A DNA stretch of 60,039 nucleotides, counting the filler, from Sphacelaria rigidula (lineage: Eukaryota), in NCBI GenBank assembly GCA_964200075.2. It is 3 parts of 3 records of this genome, joined end to end, with 100 filler letters (N's around TTAATTAATTAA, not from the genome) between each part and the next. Parts side by side here need not be neighbours in the genome. Positions count along the whole stretch, not along the records: positions 1 to 19,953 come from CAXNAA020000583.1; positions 20,054 to 40,004 come from CAXNAA020000584.1; 1 more part is not named here. One strand, written 5' to 3'. The translations under genes and the position numbers were made by a program. Under the pieces are notes generated by a model, which saw nothing but the letters and a program-made list of their open reading frames with translations, searched no databases and was not told where the DNA came from. Below, piece after piece: positions 13,001 through 25,211 of this stretch. Each line of letters starts with the position of its first letter. The first letter of the stretch is position 1.

Positions 13001-13690
13001 CGCACTCTACCTCGGTGTGCCTACCGGGTAAGTATGTAACCTATGCGCTTAAAGTCGCTCGTGCGATTCCCCGCAACGCCGTTGTATGTGTGCGAGATTC
13101 CGCCTTTGCGCGTGCTAAAGAAGGTGTTCGTGATGGCTAGTTAGTTGTCGGTTGCAAAAGTTAGCAGAAGGTCACCGTTATCGTTCAGCTCATCACGTCC
13201 ATAGGCGCCTAGGACCCCTTCGTCCTCTAAGCCGTCTCCTACTTTGTCCCCCGTCCGCGCGTTGGCATCCATCACTACATACACACATTCCTTGGACGGG
13301 ATTCGCTGTACGAGATCGTCAAGTCCATCCCAGAACGCTTGTTTCGTTTCGTTCTTGGCAACTTCAGTTGGTGCATACGCAGCTACGACATTGATCGCTC
13401 TGCTCTGCCCCGATATGTCAAACTGCATTGCCATGAGGCGCTCGTCAACGTACTCAGTGATATAGGTGGCGTTATTGCAAACCGACTCTTTCACGGCCAT
13501 TCTCACACCGTGTTGCCCACCTGACTCGCTCCCACAGCAGAAGACTTCGGACCCTGATGCTGTGTACAGTCTGTTCGCCCCGCCCGTCGAGTCTCCTGCA
13601 GTCCTACCACCGAGATGTTGAGTCTCGCAGCCTCGTACAAGACGCTGTAGTCTCGCCCCCATCCGTTGGCCCCTTTCACAGCTACTGTAC
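10095..13690 (-). mobile_element. RTE-type non-LTR retrotransposon (APE endonuclease + RT), degenerate
   Basis: Endonuclease motifs VGLQETRR, VAAYAPT, MDANARTG, SDHNMV; RT motifs NYKGISLV, EQCGLRPDRST, FVDLQKGYDSV, PLLFNIFF, LYADD, FRYLG, RLPKRI. Several stops and frameshifts; about 600 bp of non-coding 3' region. Confidence 0.93.
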
Positions 13691-13726
13691 AGCATATGAA
13701 CAACACTGAACAGTGCACGGGGTGAC

Positions 13727-13900
13727 GAAATCCTGTGAAGCGTACTGTGTGGCGCGATACAATACCATTCAACCAAATCCCCGCGAGAAACACTGCCCAG
13801 TTTTCCTGAAACCCTGTGAAGCATACTGTGTGGCGTAAGAAAACACCGTACAGCCAAGTCCCCGCGAGAAACACTGCACAGTTTCCCTGAACCCTGTAGA
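13727..13900. repeat. 81-bp tandem repeat (~2 copies) at the LINE 5' junction
   Basis: CCCCGCGAGAAACACTGC and CCTGTGAAGC.TACTGTGTGGCG each recur at ~81-bp spacing. Confidence 0.8.
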
Positions 13901-14155
13901 CGTGCCCCACAGGGTGCTATCTGTCCACGTGAGTCATCTTGGCCTTGGATTCTCCAGTACAGTAGAGGTTAATCAAACACCATTTCTGCGTCTGATACTT
14001 CTACTGTGCCGTCATCTGTCTCCGGCTTCGGTGACTGAGCCTCAGGAACAAGGAGACTGAGTAAGGTCCTGTCCTGAGTGTGTCATATCCCTTCCCTACA
14101 CTCGATGTTCATTGATGTCGTCGTACATACGAGTTGGTCCAGCCTAAAAACGGAT

Positions 14156-14430
14156 TTAAGCTCTCAAAGCAATATCCATCAACACAGGCGAATTGGGCCC
14201 TGATCCGCATATCGTATTAATTGCCTAACCAAGGGTAAGGTGCCCATCTGCTGAAACGTTTGGGCCCATATTTTCTCGTTGATTAAACGCCATTAAGCTC
14301 TCAAAGCAATATCCATCAACACAGACGAATTGGGCCGTGATCCGCATATCGTATTAGTTGCCTAACCAAGGGTAAGGTGCCCATCTGCTGAAACGTTTGG
14401 GCCCATATTTTCTCGTTAATTAAACCCCAT
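14156..14430. repeat. 137-bp near-identical tandem duplication
   Basis: TTAAGCTCTCAAAGCAATATCC... starts at 14156 and again at 14293 with only a few substitutions. Confidence 0.95.
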
Positions 14431-15510
14431 ATCTAATAATTCCTATACCTAACAGAGATGGCGTCCATACTAAAATCTATGAAACCCCCGATCAATGCAC
14501 TCAGCGGATGACGTCGAATTTTGTTGTGGACATTACCAGGAGCATGGGGAGACGATAGATATCCTTAACTTCATCCAGTTCGTTATCCATCTTGAGATAT
14601 GGCGCACATAAGCACTAGATACCCTATATCTGGATATCGCGTCTTACTTTTTGAGAGTTACTCTATGAAAATTCTTATATTGAACCGCTAGTGCATAACA
14701 AAATAAAACAAAACAGCTTATTCCCTTTTTTCGTTTTTTCGTTTGTTTTCATTTTTCTTCTTGTTTTTAGTGGAGTTTTGAGGAGAAATGAATATTGCTC
14801 TTAGGCCTTATCTCAATGTTTCAGCTCAATATTTAGAATTGTGATTTGAACCTTAGCATGGAGAACCACAAACGTGTGCCGAATAAAAAACAATGGGCCC
14901 TATATTCTTTCTCCATAGAGAATACAGGCTGGGCCGCCTTAGACGCGGACATGTGATATGAAATGACTGCAGGACGTAGCCATGATCTTGGGCAAAGGTG
15001 ACATTGAATGATGGACATTTTCATATTCAAATAGAGGAGAATTGGCTGCTCCTTGGGTTGACGTTCTACGGAGAGCATGTATTTGAATTAAAAAAAAAGG
15101 TGGTGACCCAACCATGGCATGTATTGAAGAGCTCGGCTCTTGGATTTTATGGTATGACCTCAAATTATGATGATTATGGGGCCGCGAAACACGTTTGAAG
15201 CTGTCAGCAGTTCCAACGAGCGTCACTCTCTTTTCACCTCCGGTTTTCGGCTACAACCCAACAGTTTCCCATTGGAGTATCTACAAACCGCGAGAAAGTG
15301 AGTCCCAGAGATAAGAGCAGTAGTCGAGCTGCTGCTTTGTCTGTCGTGTTTTATTGATTGAGGCTTCGGCTTATTTCGGTTTGTGTTGTATTTGTGTTCT
15401 GTAGATGAAGCTGTAGATGAAGCTTGGATACAATCAATTGCGTGAAAAAACGGTGCCACTCTCGTCTGTAATTGCTTGTTGTCTCTTTGTGTGAAATACA
15501 TGAGAGCGAC

Positions 15511-18500
15511 TGTGGTCAGCCCGCGCTGCTGAGCTGAGTAAACAAACGACGTACACTGAGGTCTGAACCTCGAACAATCGTGGTGAACACCATTACACCC
15601 TCACCTAGGTGTTTCACCCTTATCACATCACAGTCGGAGCTCCCGCACTGCCTCTGCTGTACTTCAGTTTTTTGAGTCGCGTTGTGTTCGGACTGCCGAA
15701 CTGTCGTATATCCTACACTACTTCTGTGTGCCTGCATTCGCATCTAGTTTGTTTGTTCACCGTCTAGCCGTCTGTAGCGGTTGCTCTGTCCTCTATCCCT
15801 GGTGACATGAGTTCAAGGGCTTCTGATACACTAGACGCTCGCACCCTGCGCCGACTCCGACGCGAACGTACGCGAGAAATAACACTTGCCCCGCCACCAT
15901 CCTCACCTGCTCGTCCCAGCTGCCTCTCTGTGGCACCCGCCCCAGTGATGATACCCATCTACTCTGTAGTGGATGCGCGTCATTATGTAGAGTCCAATTC
16001 ATACCGTGACTCTCCTGCCCCGTTACATTTTTCCCACATGAGCTGCCCGTACATGACCAGCTACCAACTCTTTTCTACCACCACCGGCACTGTATCAGCG
16101 TGCATCCGTTCGCCACACCCACCCCGCCGCATGTACCGTCGGCCTTTTCTTCTTCAGTAGCCAATGTTGACCGTCTGTTGCTATCTCAATATATGCTCAC
16201 CGTGCAGCACATTTCGTTTGGTGCCCAACCTGGGTGTTGACTGTACATCATCCGACCCCACCCTGTACAATGTATGTGAACCAAACATCCGTGATAACAC
16301 TACAGTACCACCCTCTTCGCAAGGTCCTGTATTCATCCAGTCCATTTCGTGGACTCCGGTATGGACAACTCGTCCACACCCTCTCTCTAGTACCTTCTTA
16401 GATCACCCCTCCCTGTCTTTCACGGGTGCCTGGCCCCCTGACCACCCTCTTTACATTTTGATAACACTTCTCCTTCAAACGCCATTGTTGACCACAGGTC
16501 CACAGTCGGGCCCCAACAACCTTCAACAACAAACCGCGGCAATATATTTTCTTTCACTCAGCCAGTGTACCATCACCACTTAACCAAATCCTCGTCGGCC
16601 AGCGTGGGTTCTCGCTTGTGGTGTGGGTACGCTAGCGTTGACCGTTCTGTCATGACGGGTTCCATGACAGCACAGTCCCATGCAACATTGCATGACTCCC
16701 AGATGCGCAATGACCAACCCCAGTGTTTTCATACTGGATCTGATCACCCACTTGTATTTCCGAGTGGTAGTAATCAATGCCAGTTGGATCGGATCGCCCC
16801 GCAGGATCGGCAGTCGTGTAGCATAGCGCCTACCGCCATAGAAGCAGGTACATCCTCTGATACGGTAGCCGTTACCCCTACGACCGTTCATCGTAGGATG
16901 CAACGTTTACGGAGACTCCCCAGCCCCGAGAAGGACTCAGGAGTCCAGTCGACCCCGGTAACACATGCGTGCGAAATTCCGCGTGTTCTCGGTCCCCTTT
17001 TATTTGGTGAGCGTATTTCTTCGTGCACTACGCGCGCCAGTGCCAAATTCTTGCTTTCCGTAGCTCAGCGGGTTGGGAAGGAACCCCAAGCGACAGTGCC
17101 GACCAAGCGCCACGCGTGTAGCCACGAACGGGCTGACCTTGCCAACTTCCCAAAAGCCCCTGGAACCAGCTCAAGAGTGCGCTATACGCGACACCAGGAG
17201 AGGGCTCTTCCGGATGAGACTGTAAATAAACCTGTAGGCGCCGCTGCATCCGCCCACCAAGAAGGTACCCGGGTGCCGGGCACAGCGGATGAAAGCCTTG
17301 TCGTAGAATAGGACGGTGTTTCCCAGATCCCGAACAGATCAGCACCGCTTCCTGCCGACCCCTCGGAATCTATGGTGAAGAATAAAGTAGCGTTGACATC
17401 TGTTGGGACAGTAAACCCGCTACGCCCTGCATGTATGTCTCATGGTGCCGGACAAACCCCGGCTGTGCCGTCAACATTGCAGTCCGATCGGGACTATTTC
17501 TCCCCTGCTTCTCATAGCTCCAAACAATTATTGCAAACATCCACATCCACTTCTTTTGCTAGGCGTCGTCCATCCCTGACTGTGTACGAAATCCAACTTT
17601 CGTCTACTGCACCACACGCCCTACAAAACCCCCCGTGCCACGACGGCCCTTTGGAAAACACATTCCTTCCGGAGGATCAATCTCGAGTCTATTTTAGTAC
17701 CATTGCCCGATAACTCAAGAGCGATGTGCCTGCAGATCAATGGTCGGAATTTGGACCGGACTTGGTCAGTGGAACTGCACTCATGGATGACGCCTCCTTC
17801 ACAACCCGAATAGTTATACATAGTGGAGTGCATGCAACCCCCCACTTGATGGCCGTTGCACTGCCCGATACTGGCTCGCCACACACTTTCATCACAGCTA
17901 GCTGCTGGCAATATATGATGAACGCTGGAGCAGCAGACAAACATTGCCTTTCTACTGTTCCCCCTCGTGGTTTTGGCGGATTTGGTGCCTCCACTCCCCT
18001 TACGGTTGATCAATCAGTAAGACCCAGTGTGCAATTCTTCGATGACACGGGTCCCACTGCACGATTAGCTGTGTGAGCACTCATTGTGCCCGATGGTTCC
18101 ATGCCGGTTGATGTTCTCTTGGGACGTGATAGCTGGCTACGTTTTTCCACACACACATACACGACGAATTCACCTGTCTTGAACCGATCATTGACAGACA
18201 GATTAGAATTGGGACCTCACGACGCTGATCCAGGGGTTCAGGCCTATGTCGATGACCCAATACAAGCAGGTATTGCTTTTCGACTGTATTATGTTGGAGA
18301 CCACGTCGTCTCTCTGTCCCATGAACCTCAACACATCCATATGAAGCTTGTGAGACGGAACGGATCCCCCGCCCTCACTGGACAGTACTTGGTCGACTTA
18401 ACCAATCCCAACCAAACCCCAGACAGTATTCCCCCCTTTGATCAGACCGATGTATTTGTCCATGAGGGTGGGCAATCCATTCCCCTCACGTCCTCAGCAT

Positions 18501-19881
18501 GTCTGGATGTCCTTCCTGGTCAGTTGTTGGGTGTTGCTCAAGCGCCCCTCCTACGGGCAGCCTTGTTGAATGTATGTCTGAAGGTGCCACCGCAACCATA
18601 ATCAGACAGCTCAGAGTCAAACGGTTCTACTTCGTTCGACAAGACTGACCCCATGGTTGTAGCCGAATCGACTGATACGCCTGACACAAAACCTCCGACT
18701 GTCTTACTAGATACATTCTCGCCAGAGCAACGTGTCAGTTTTCAACGATTATGGGATGAAATTCCCCCCCATTGAGACACATTGTGTTGGTTTATCTGGT
18801 GAGGGTTGGACACCCACGTTGATTGATCGGTTGCGCTCCATCTTGATACGATACTCTGAACGGTTTTCCAAATTGTCAACAGATTTAGGCCGCTGGAACA
18901 CTATACCGTTCAAGATCAATATTCCTGATGGTACGACACCTCTCGCCATGCGTCCGTACCGTACGAACCCTCTTTTAGCGGGTAAAATTCAAGTAATTCT
19001 CGACGAATACTTGTCCACCGGGTTAATACGGCACTCAACGTCTACGTGGGCCTCGCCTTTGGTGGTCGCTGGGAAGAAGAATGGTAAGATCCGACTGACC
19101 GTCAATTATCAACGATTAAACGCAGTCACCAAAATCGCACGTCTACCTCTTCCTCGGATAGATAAGATCATCGACTCCCTCCGCGGGGGCAAAGTTTTTT
19201 CGAACTTCGACATGCAGTCCGGTTACGACCAACTGGTGATGGATCCACACTCTATCGAGCTGACGGCGTCTTGCACCCCGCCAGGACTGTATGAGTGGCT
19301 GGTCACTCCATAAGGTGCCGCCGGCGCTCCAGGAGCGTTTCAACGTGTGATGTTTCGCGTCATTGATGGACTGTCCAAATGCTGCATGTATCTCGACGAT
19401 GCGGTGGTTCACAGCAGTACACCTGCTGAACACGTCGAACATTTGGCGTCCTTCTTTGCTCGTTTTGAACAACACAATTTGAAGCTCAACACCTTCCAAA
19501 CCACCTCTGCTCACCATAGTCGAAACCTCGACTGTGCCTCCCCCACCCCGTGATGGTACCACCTCCGGTACCACACCATCCGACACCCTTCACAACGTAG
19601 GAATAGAGGTGAACGTTCCCTTTGAGAATACACTGACCGCCCCCTCTGACCTTGATCCAAATAACGCCTCGTGTCCATCCCACAGCGATTCGATCCCCTG
19701 CGTTTTGGACAACCCCTCGGACAGTGTATTCAAGGAACTGACCCTCTTTTCTCACGCTGATTGGGCCCGGGAACAGCAAGCTGAACCTGCTTGTAGAGCA
19801 ACTATACATTATCTATCCAAAGGATGCCCCTCCCCCTTTCTAGAAACTGAGTTCCTTTGCCAGTAGGGCCCCACCGAGCCC
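15511..19881 (+). mobile_element. Ty3/Gypsy LTR retrotransposon, decayed and 3'-truncated
   Basis: Aspartic protease ALPDTGS (~17860) and VLLGRD; RT PYR, STWASPLVV, RLTVNYQRLN, FDMQSGY, GLYEW, YLDD (18732-19490); pre-integrase-like linker DWAREQQAEPACRATIHYL. Stops and frameshifts present. The 5' boundary/LTR (TG at 15511) and gag region are tentative. Confidence 0.88.
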
Positions 19882-19953
19882 TAGGGTTAGGGTTAGGGTT
19901 AGGGTTAGGGTTAGGGTTAGGGTTAGGGTTAGGGTTAGGGTTAGGGTTAGGGT
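19882..19953 (+). repeat. Telomeric repeat (TTAGGG)n, ~12 units, at contig end
   Basis: Perfect hexamer array with the G-rich strand running 5'->3' toward the contig end. Confidence 0.95.
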
Positions 19954-20053
19954 NNNNNNNNNNNNNNNNNNNNNNNNNNNNNNNNNNNNNNNNNNNNTTA
20001 ATTAATTAANNNNNNNNNNNNNNNNNNNNNNNNNNNNNNNNNNNNNNNNNNNN
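19954..20053. other. Artificial contig spacer
   Basis: 44 N + TTAATTAATTAA (stops in all six frames) + 44 N = 100 nt. Confidence 0.98.
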
Positions 20054-21400
20054 ATCAAGGAAAAAAAAAAAATCCTCCTGGAAGAGCTAAGCGGCTTCCG
20101 TCCAGCCCGCGCGACCTATGTGATGTTTGTGGTCCGACGACTCCACGAGCTGGCGCCGAAGAAGAGCATCCTTCCAACGCGTGCTTCATCGACCACACCA
20201 GAGCATACGAGTCCGTCGATCGAAAGCCGTTGCGGACCGTGCCCGAGAGATTCGGCGTGCCTCCCAGGATGCTGGCGACTATTCGCCAGTTTCACGATGG
20301 CATGAGGGCTCGTATGCGGATGGACGATGGGACGTGCTCCGACTGGTTCGACGTGGGCCAGGGGCTCCGACAGAGGTACAACCTAGCACGGGTACTGTTC
20401 AATCTTTCATTTACCGCAATGCTAATGGTGTCAATAGAGGAGTTATTCAAAGACGAAGAGACGCCGGTGGACATAGTGAAGATCAAGATGCCATCGGAAA
20501 GGGAGACGCCGCGATTGCGGGGGTCGCGGAGCCGCTGTCGGACATATTACATGCGAACGACGCGGGCATCATTTCGTGATCGCCGGAGAGCCTCGATAAA
20601 ATGGTGTCGAAGCCGACGGCGGAGATTATGTGCTCGATGCCGAAAGGGATGGAAGAGTCACCATGCAGGGTCGACGGCAGTGGCCAGAAACAGAGGCAAA
20701 CCATCAAGTTTGTGTACGTCGTGGGAAGTATTTGCGAGGACGGGAAAACGGACGAGGAGAGGGCTAGTCGTCGGTCCCGGGCATGCAGATGCTACAGGCG
20801 GAATGGCCAGTTGATGTACGACAACCGTCGGGAGCTTCCCCTCCGTCTCAAAGTACGACTGCTCCAAGCCGAAATGGTTGAGACGCCACTATACGGTTGC
20901 ACGACTTGGAACCTGTGGAAGACGCCCTACACCAAGCTCAACGGGAACAACCGCTATTTCCTCACGCGCTGCATCGGGTGAAACAAGATGACACGCACGG
21001 ACCTTTCTTTGTCTTCTGCCGAGGCCCTCATCAAGACCGACTGCACCGAAAACATCGAGGCCACCGCGCGCAACGTCAACTATTCTTCGTGAGATTCGTC
21101 ATGCGCATGGGAGACGGCCGACTTCCAGAGCGCGTCATGCGGGCAACGTTGGAGAGGGGAGGGCAAGAGCGCGACTGGATGCATTGCCTAGAAGAGGGCA
21201 ATGAGCTCTTCGATATGGAAGAAGAGAAGGAGGATAGGAGGTGGAAAACGAGCATCAAGGAATTGGACGCGTGATACACTAGCTGGAGGAAGGGGTGAAA
21301 TGGTTTGTGGCGACACGACATCGATAAGAAACGGAAGCATCGGCGAAGTACCATTTGGAACGGGTAGGAAATGAAGCAAAGAGCGGAATGTTTGAGTAAA
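20054..21400 (+). mobile_element. RTE-type LINE fragment (RT C-terminal half), degenerate
   Basis: [61 protein letters not shown]; frameshifted; cut by the contig start. Confidence 0.9.
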
Positions 21401-21595
21401 GCACAGTTAAGTACAGTAAAGTACGAGTACCATGAAGTAGGTTGAGTAGAGTAACGTGCAGTATATATTTTGGATAAGAATGAACGCGATTTTTTCTTTG
21501 AACATATATTCGGAACGTCTTTTCGAAGGACGTGTTGGTATTCAAGAAAAAAATGTCCCGAATACATCCCCAAGTTTATCGGCAGGACCAGTTAC

Positions 21596-23997
21596 GGTTC
21601 AGCATCAGTAACAAAGATCATAGTAGTAACCAAGAGGTGGAGCATTCGTCGTATAGGATACTGAAAAACTCATGTATTATGAGGATTGTATACAGAAAGT
21701 CAGCACAACCAGCTTGTAAGAAGCTTGGTACGTGGAGTCTGTGGCACCAACGGTTTGGGTGAACGGTATTCCGTAACCAACAACTACTGGGTATCCTCTG
21801 CGAGCTCTGTTGTCAAAGCTGGGTTCACGAGTCGAGCCGTTGTTCCTGTTTTGACAGCTGAACACCGTGCTGCATACTTGTGTACGCAGACAAGCCACAC
21901 CCACATTTCCAATATCGGGCAACGTTACAAGCTCGACCTTGAGCATGGCTGCGAGCTTCTCCTGCTTACGTGTGTAGTGGCAGTATTCCGATAGGTTGTA
22001 CAACATCAATTCTGTGTAAGTGAATCTCGAATGAACGCCGCGTCGTGTGCCAGAATGGAAGGTGACCGCCGTGTCTGTCCAAAGTCCAATGCTTCATGTG
22101 TGATTGTTTTAGACAGCCTTAGGGAAATATCCATCGCCTGTTTGTGTGTTTTGACCCACAAAATTGAGCTGAAGTTCTTGTATAAGATAACTACGGGAGA
22201 TTTCTACCTGCTATAGAGGTTTTAAGCATAGTTGTGACTAATGATTTAAACAATCTGCGAACCCCACCGTGTCGTGCTGCGGGAGGGGTGTTATAAAACG
22301 TGACATTACAAGAGGCCGAACACTGGCGGCTTGCTTCGCATCTTGGCATAGTGATGGCACAGCAATTTTGAGCAAAAAAAACTGAATAGGGACCTAGTAC
22401 GGTATAAGATTTCTGTACTGTTGTATTGTGCTGTACGGTGCACTCAGTATAGCATGGTACGAAATGGCAATTTCCTCCACTCAACTTGAAGTGTATACGG
22501 CGCGCGGGTGAACCAGTGACCGTTCTCCTCGACACTCTCTGCTACCACAGTCTCGCATTCGGGGAGGTGAGAAGTCGTCAAAGACTACTGAAACATCGGA
22601 ATACAGAATATACATACCGTTCTCGGGAAAACATTGCACGAACTACCAGCGTCCACGGCAATGGGCAGCGATGAAATTGGTATGTGAGGACATGTCTTTA
22701 TCCGCAGGGGCGCATAGCTGTGTCCTTACTTTTTATCGGCAGTTTGGTCCCGTATGTTCACAAATGCCAGCGACATCTCCACATCCTGCACTTCGACCAC
22801 GCTTTCCGCCAATGCTTTCTCTCGCTCCGCGAGACTCGGGTCACCGTCATCGCTCTCGCTTTCGAGCGATCCCGCCGACCCCAGAGACCCTGCTCGAGAC
22901 ATCTTATCCCCTTCAATTGCCATGCTTGGGCTTGGCTATAAGGAAGCTCAACTATGTTTACGCGTACAGTATTATACCGCCAGACTAGATATATCATGTT
23001 CGACACCATTGTTTTCACCAATAATAACACGATGAAACCGCCATTTTGAACTCCTGACGCAAAATCACACCGCATTTGTCCCAGGTTTTATGATATCATC
23101 TGATTTCACCGGATACATGATACCGATACCAACTGGCTGTACTATCCGGAATCTACTGTACACAAAGCGCTCTCTGTGGGGCAAGCTGGCGTTACTGATG
23201 AGCGAAACTGGCTGTGTTTATTGTCCTGGAGACAATACATATCATATCGCTGGGTAAAAACGCTGGGAACATGCCGGAGCCGCAATTAAGCTCGGATAGT
23301 ATTGTGTCCGAAAACGCACATCTCCCGTACATCTCCCACAAGCTGCGTCCACCAAGAGCCACCGCCGTTCCGGCGGACAATATCGCACCGGATGGCAAGG
23401 TGATTGGTGCTGAGACAGATAGCCTCCTACTAGGCCTTCATGTGTTAGCATGATCATTGCCTGAAAACCGCAATGTCTCTGATGGGCAGGGTCTGTGAAC
23501 TAACTCTTGGCAGGAAGACGCCACACGTTATCTCGGTTGGTTTATCGGTCGGCAGGTATACCGATCAAATTGATCGACCAGTACGGCAGACATTCAGGTG
23601 CTAGGATCTGGGCGTTACCACCAACGGTAGCAGATAGTCGCCCACGGCATCGGGGGGTCAACGCAGGGTAGTCATTAGGCGTAGAGGAGTATTTATATCG
23701 CGCCTGCGCCGCACGGAGTGGTTGGCCGCCCACATGTTTTTTCTGCGCACTACCCCTGACCGTGCGGGTCATCTGCTGCTGCTGTTGATGTGGCATCGTT
23801 TCCACTCGAAAAGTAAATACCAGACCTACTGTTGACGACCAATGCCCAAAGAACAGCGTTTCGCCAACACTTCCATGAAATCAAGGACTTTTTACTATTT
23901 ACGCGACCTTGCCGTGCCGTATAGACCAAGAAACTCATTCCACCACTTCGGCCCTTCAGGATCAGGTACTTCATGGCGCCTCATCGAGATCAACATA
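21596..23997 (-). CDS. Possible multi-exon gene of unknown function (partial, tentative)
   Basis: Splice-site-flanked open segments: ~23907-23997 (MLISMRRHEVPDPEGPKWWNEFLGLYGTAR), ~23754-23826, ~23330-23428, ~22730-22935 (acidic, ESESDDGDPSLAEREKALAESVVEV), 21905-21961 and 21596-21660. Not all phases reconcile and no domain was recognised. Confidence 0.3.
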
Positions 23998-24957
23998 AGT
24001 GGCGAATTGCGCCCCGTTCGTACGTTGGGACGCATACATTATCGCAATCGTGCAATGGCACGTGTCACGTCCTTCCCCGCAGTACATCATGTCCAGTACG
24101 TTTCGAGCAGCGAAACATATACTGAATATATAATATGTGTGTGTGAATGTTGGTTGTAACACCCTGTGCGGTGTTGATACTTCGTTCACTCTGCGAGTAG
24201 ACACGATCTGTTTTTTTTCTCGTATCACCCCCCACGGTGGAGAGCGACTTCATCGTGGGTACACAATATTCGACTTCATGGTCGACGACGGAAAGAGACG
24301 GCAGAACCCTCCTCGCGATAAATAATTAGGCAAGCACGGCACAAGGAAGGTGGAGCGCCAAAGCAAGAAGGGGGGGGGGGGGGATCCTGTGTTAACATCC
24401 CTCCTGTGTGACCCTCGATGGTTCGTGTACCGAAAAATGCAGACCGGCGTCTATAGTAGAATAGATGTGATGACGACACACAATACACAGACAGCAGAAC
24501 GGATCTGATTAAACACGTAGGTTTATCAAAAGAGGGCATTATCCACCCAGACGCACCCATATCAGCATGTTGGATCGGTATCATCTTTACTCAAAAAGCG
24601 ATTGTCAGATTCCGGTGTTTACCTGCGGGCTTTGAAAGGGTGCAATAGGATGAAAATGGAATCCCGCGATTTTCGCCCCACTGGATGGCGTTCGGAGCAC
24701 GCGAAGCCCATCCAACACTCAGGGCAAGGATCCGTCGTCCCCGTTCGATTGAGTGACCTTGACATCGGACTAGTCGTCGCCGACATCTAGATGCACCTCG
24801 GTACAACTAACTTTATCTGGAGGTAACGGTTTCCATGTGCCTCTAACTGATGCACGGCGATGATGCGCATATCTGAGCAACGAGTGGTCAACTACCGATG
24901 AAACCACGCCCACTTACGCGAGCGGTGATGGTAAGCGCTTGCAGCGAGGTTTTAGCG

Positions 24958-25211
24958 GAGTGATGCTGCGATAGGGTCAGCACTTTTACGGCCTGAGAGT
25001 AGAATTGTTAGGAACCCTTTATCTCATCTAAAACACGACTTTCGAAATAGGTGAGAGTACGCCAGGGTTTTTCTTCCAATTAGGGATATCCCGAATGAAT
25101 TTGCAAACGGGGATATCCTGACCCATATTCTCGTGTAGTTCCTAATTTTAGGAACCCCTGAATCAGGCCGATTTTGGCCCCAAAAGTGCAGACCCTATCG
25201 CAGCATCACTC
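24958..25211. mobile_element. Fold-back/MITE-like dispersed repeat
   Basis: 30-bp inverted arms at 24958-24987 and 25182-25211; internal segments shared with 40105-40180, 46370-46415 and 46757-46845. Confidence 0.6.

Noticed and set aside
15511..15806. Defined 5' LTR and primer-binding site for the Gypsy element
   Set aside because: No second LTR to compare with and no clear CA end or recognisable tRNA-complementary site.
19998..20009. Palindromic TTAATTAATTAA (also 40049-40060) as a biological site
   Set aside because: Centred in 44+44 Ns in both places; an artificial six-frame stop linker.
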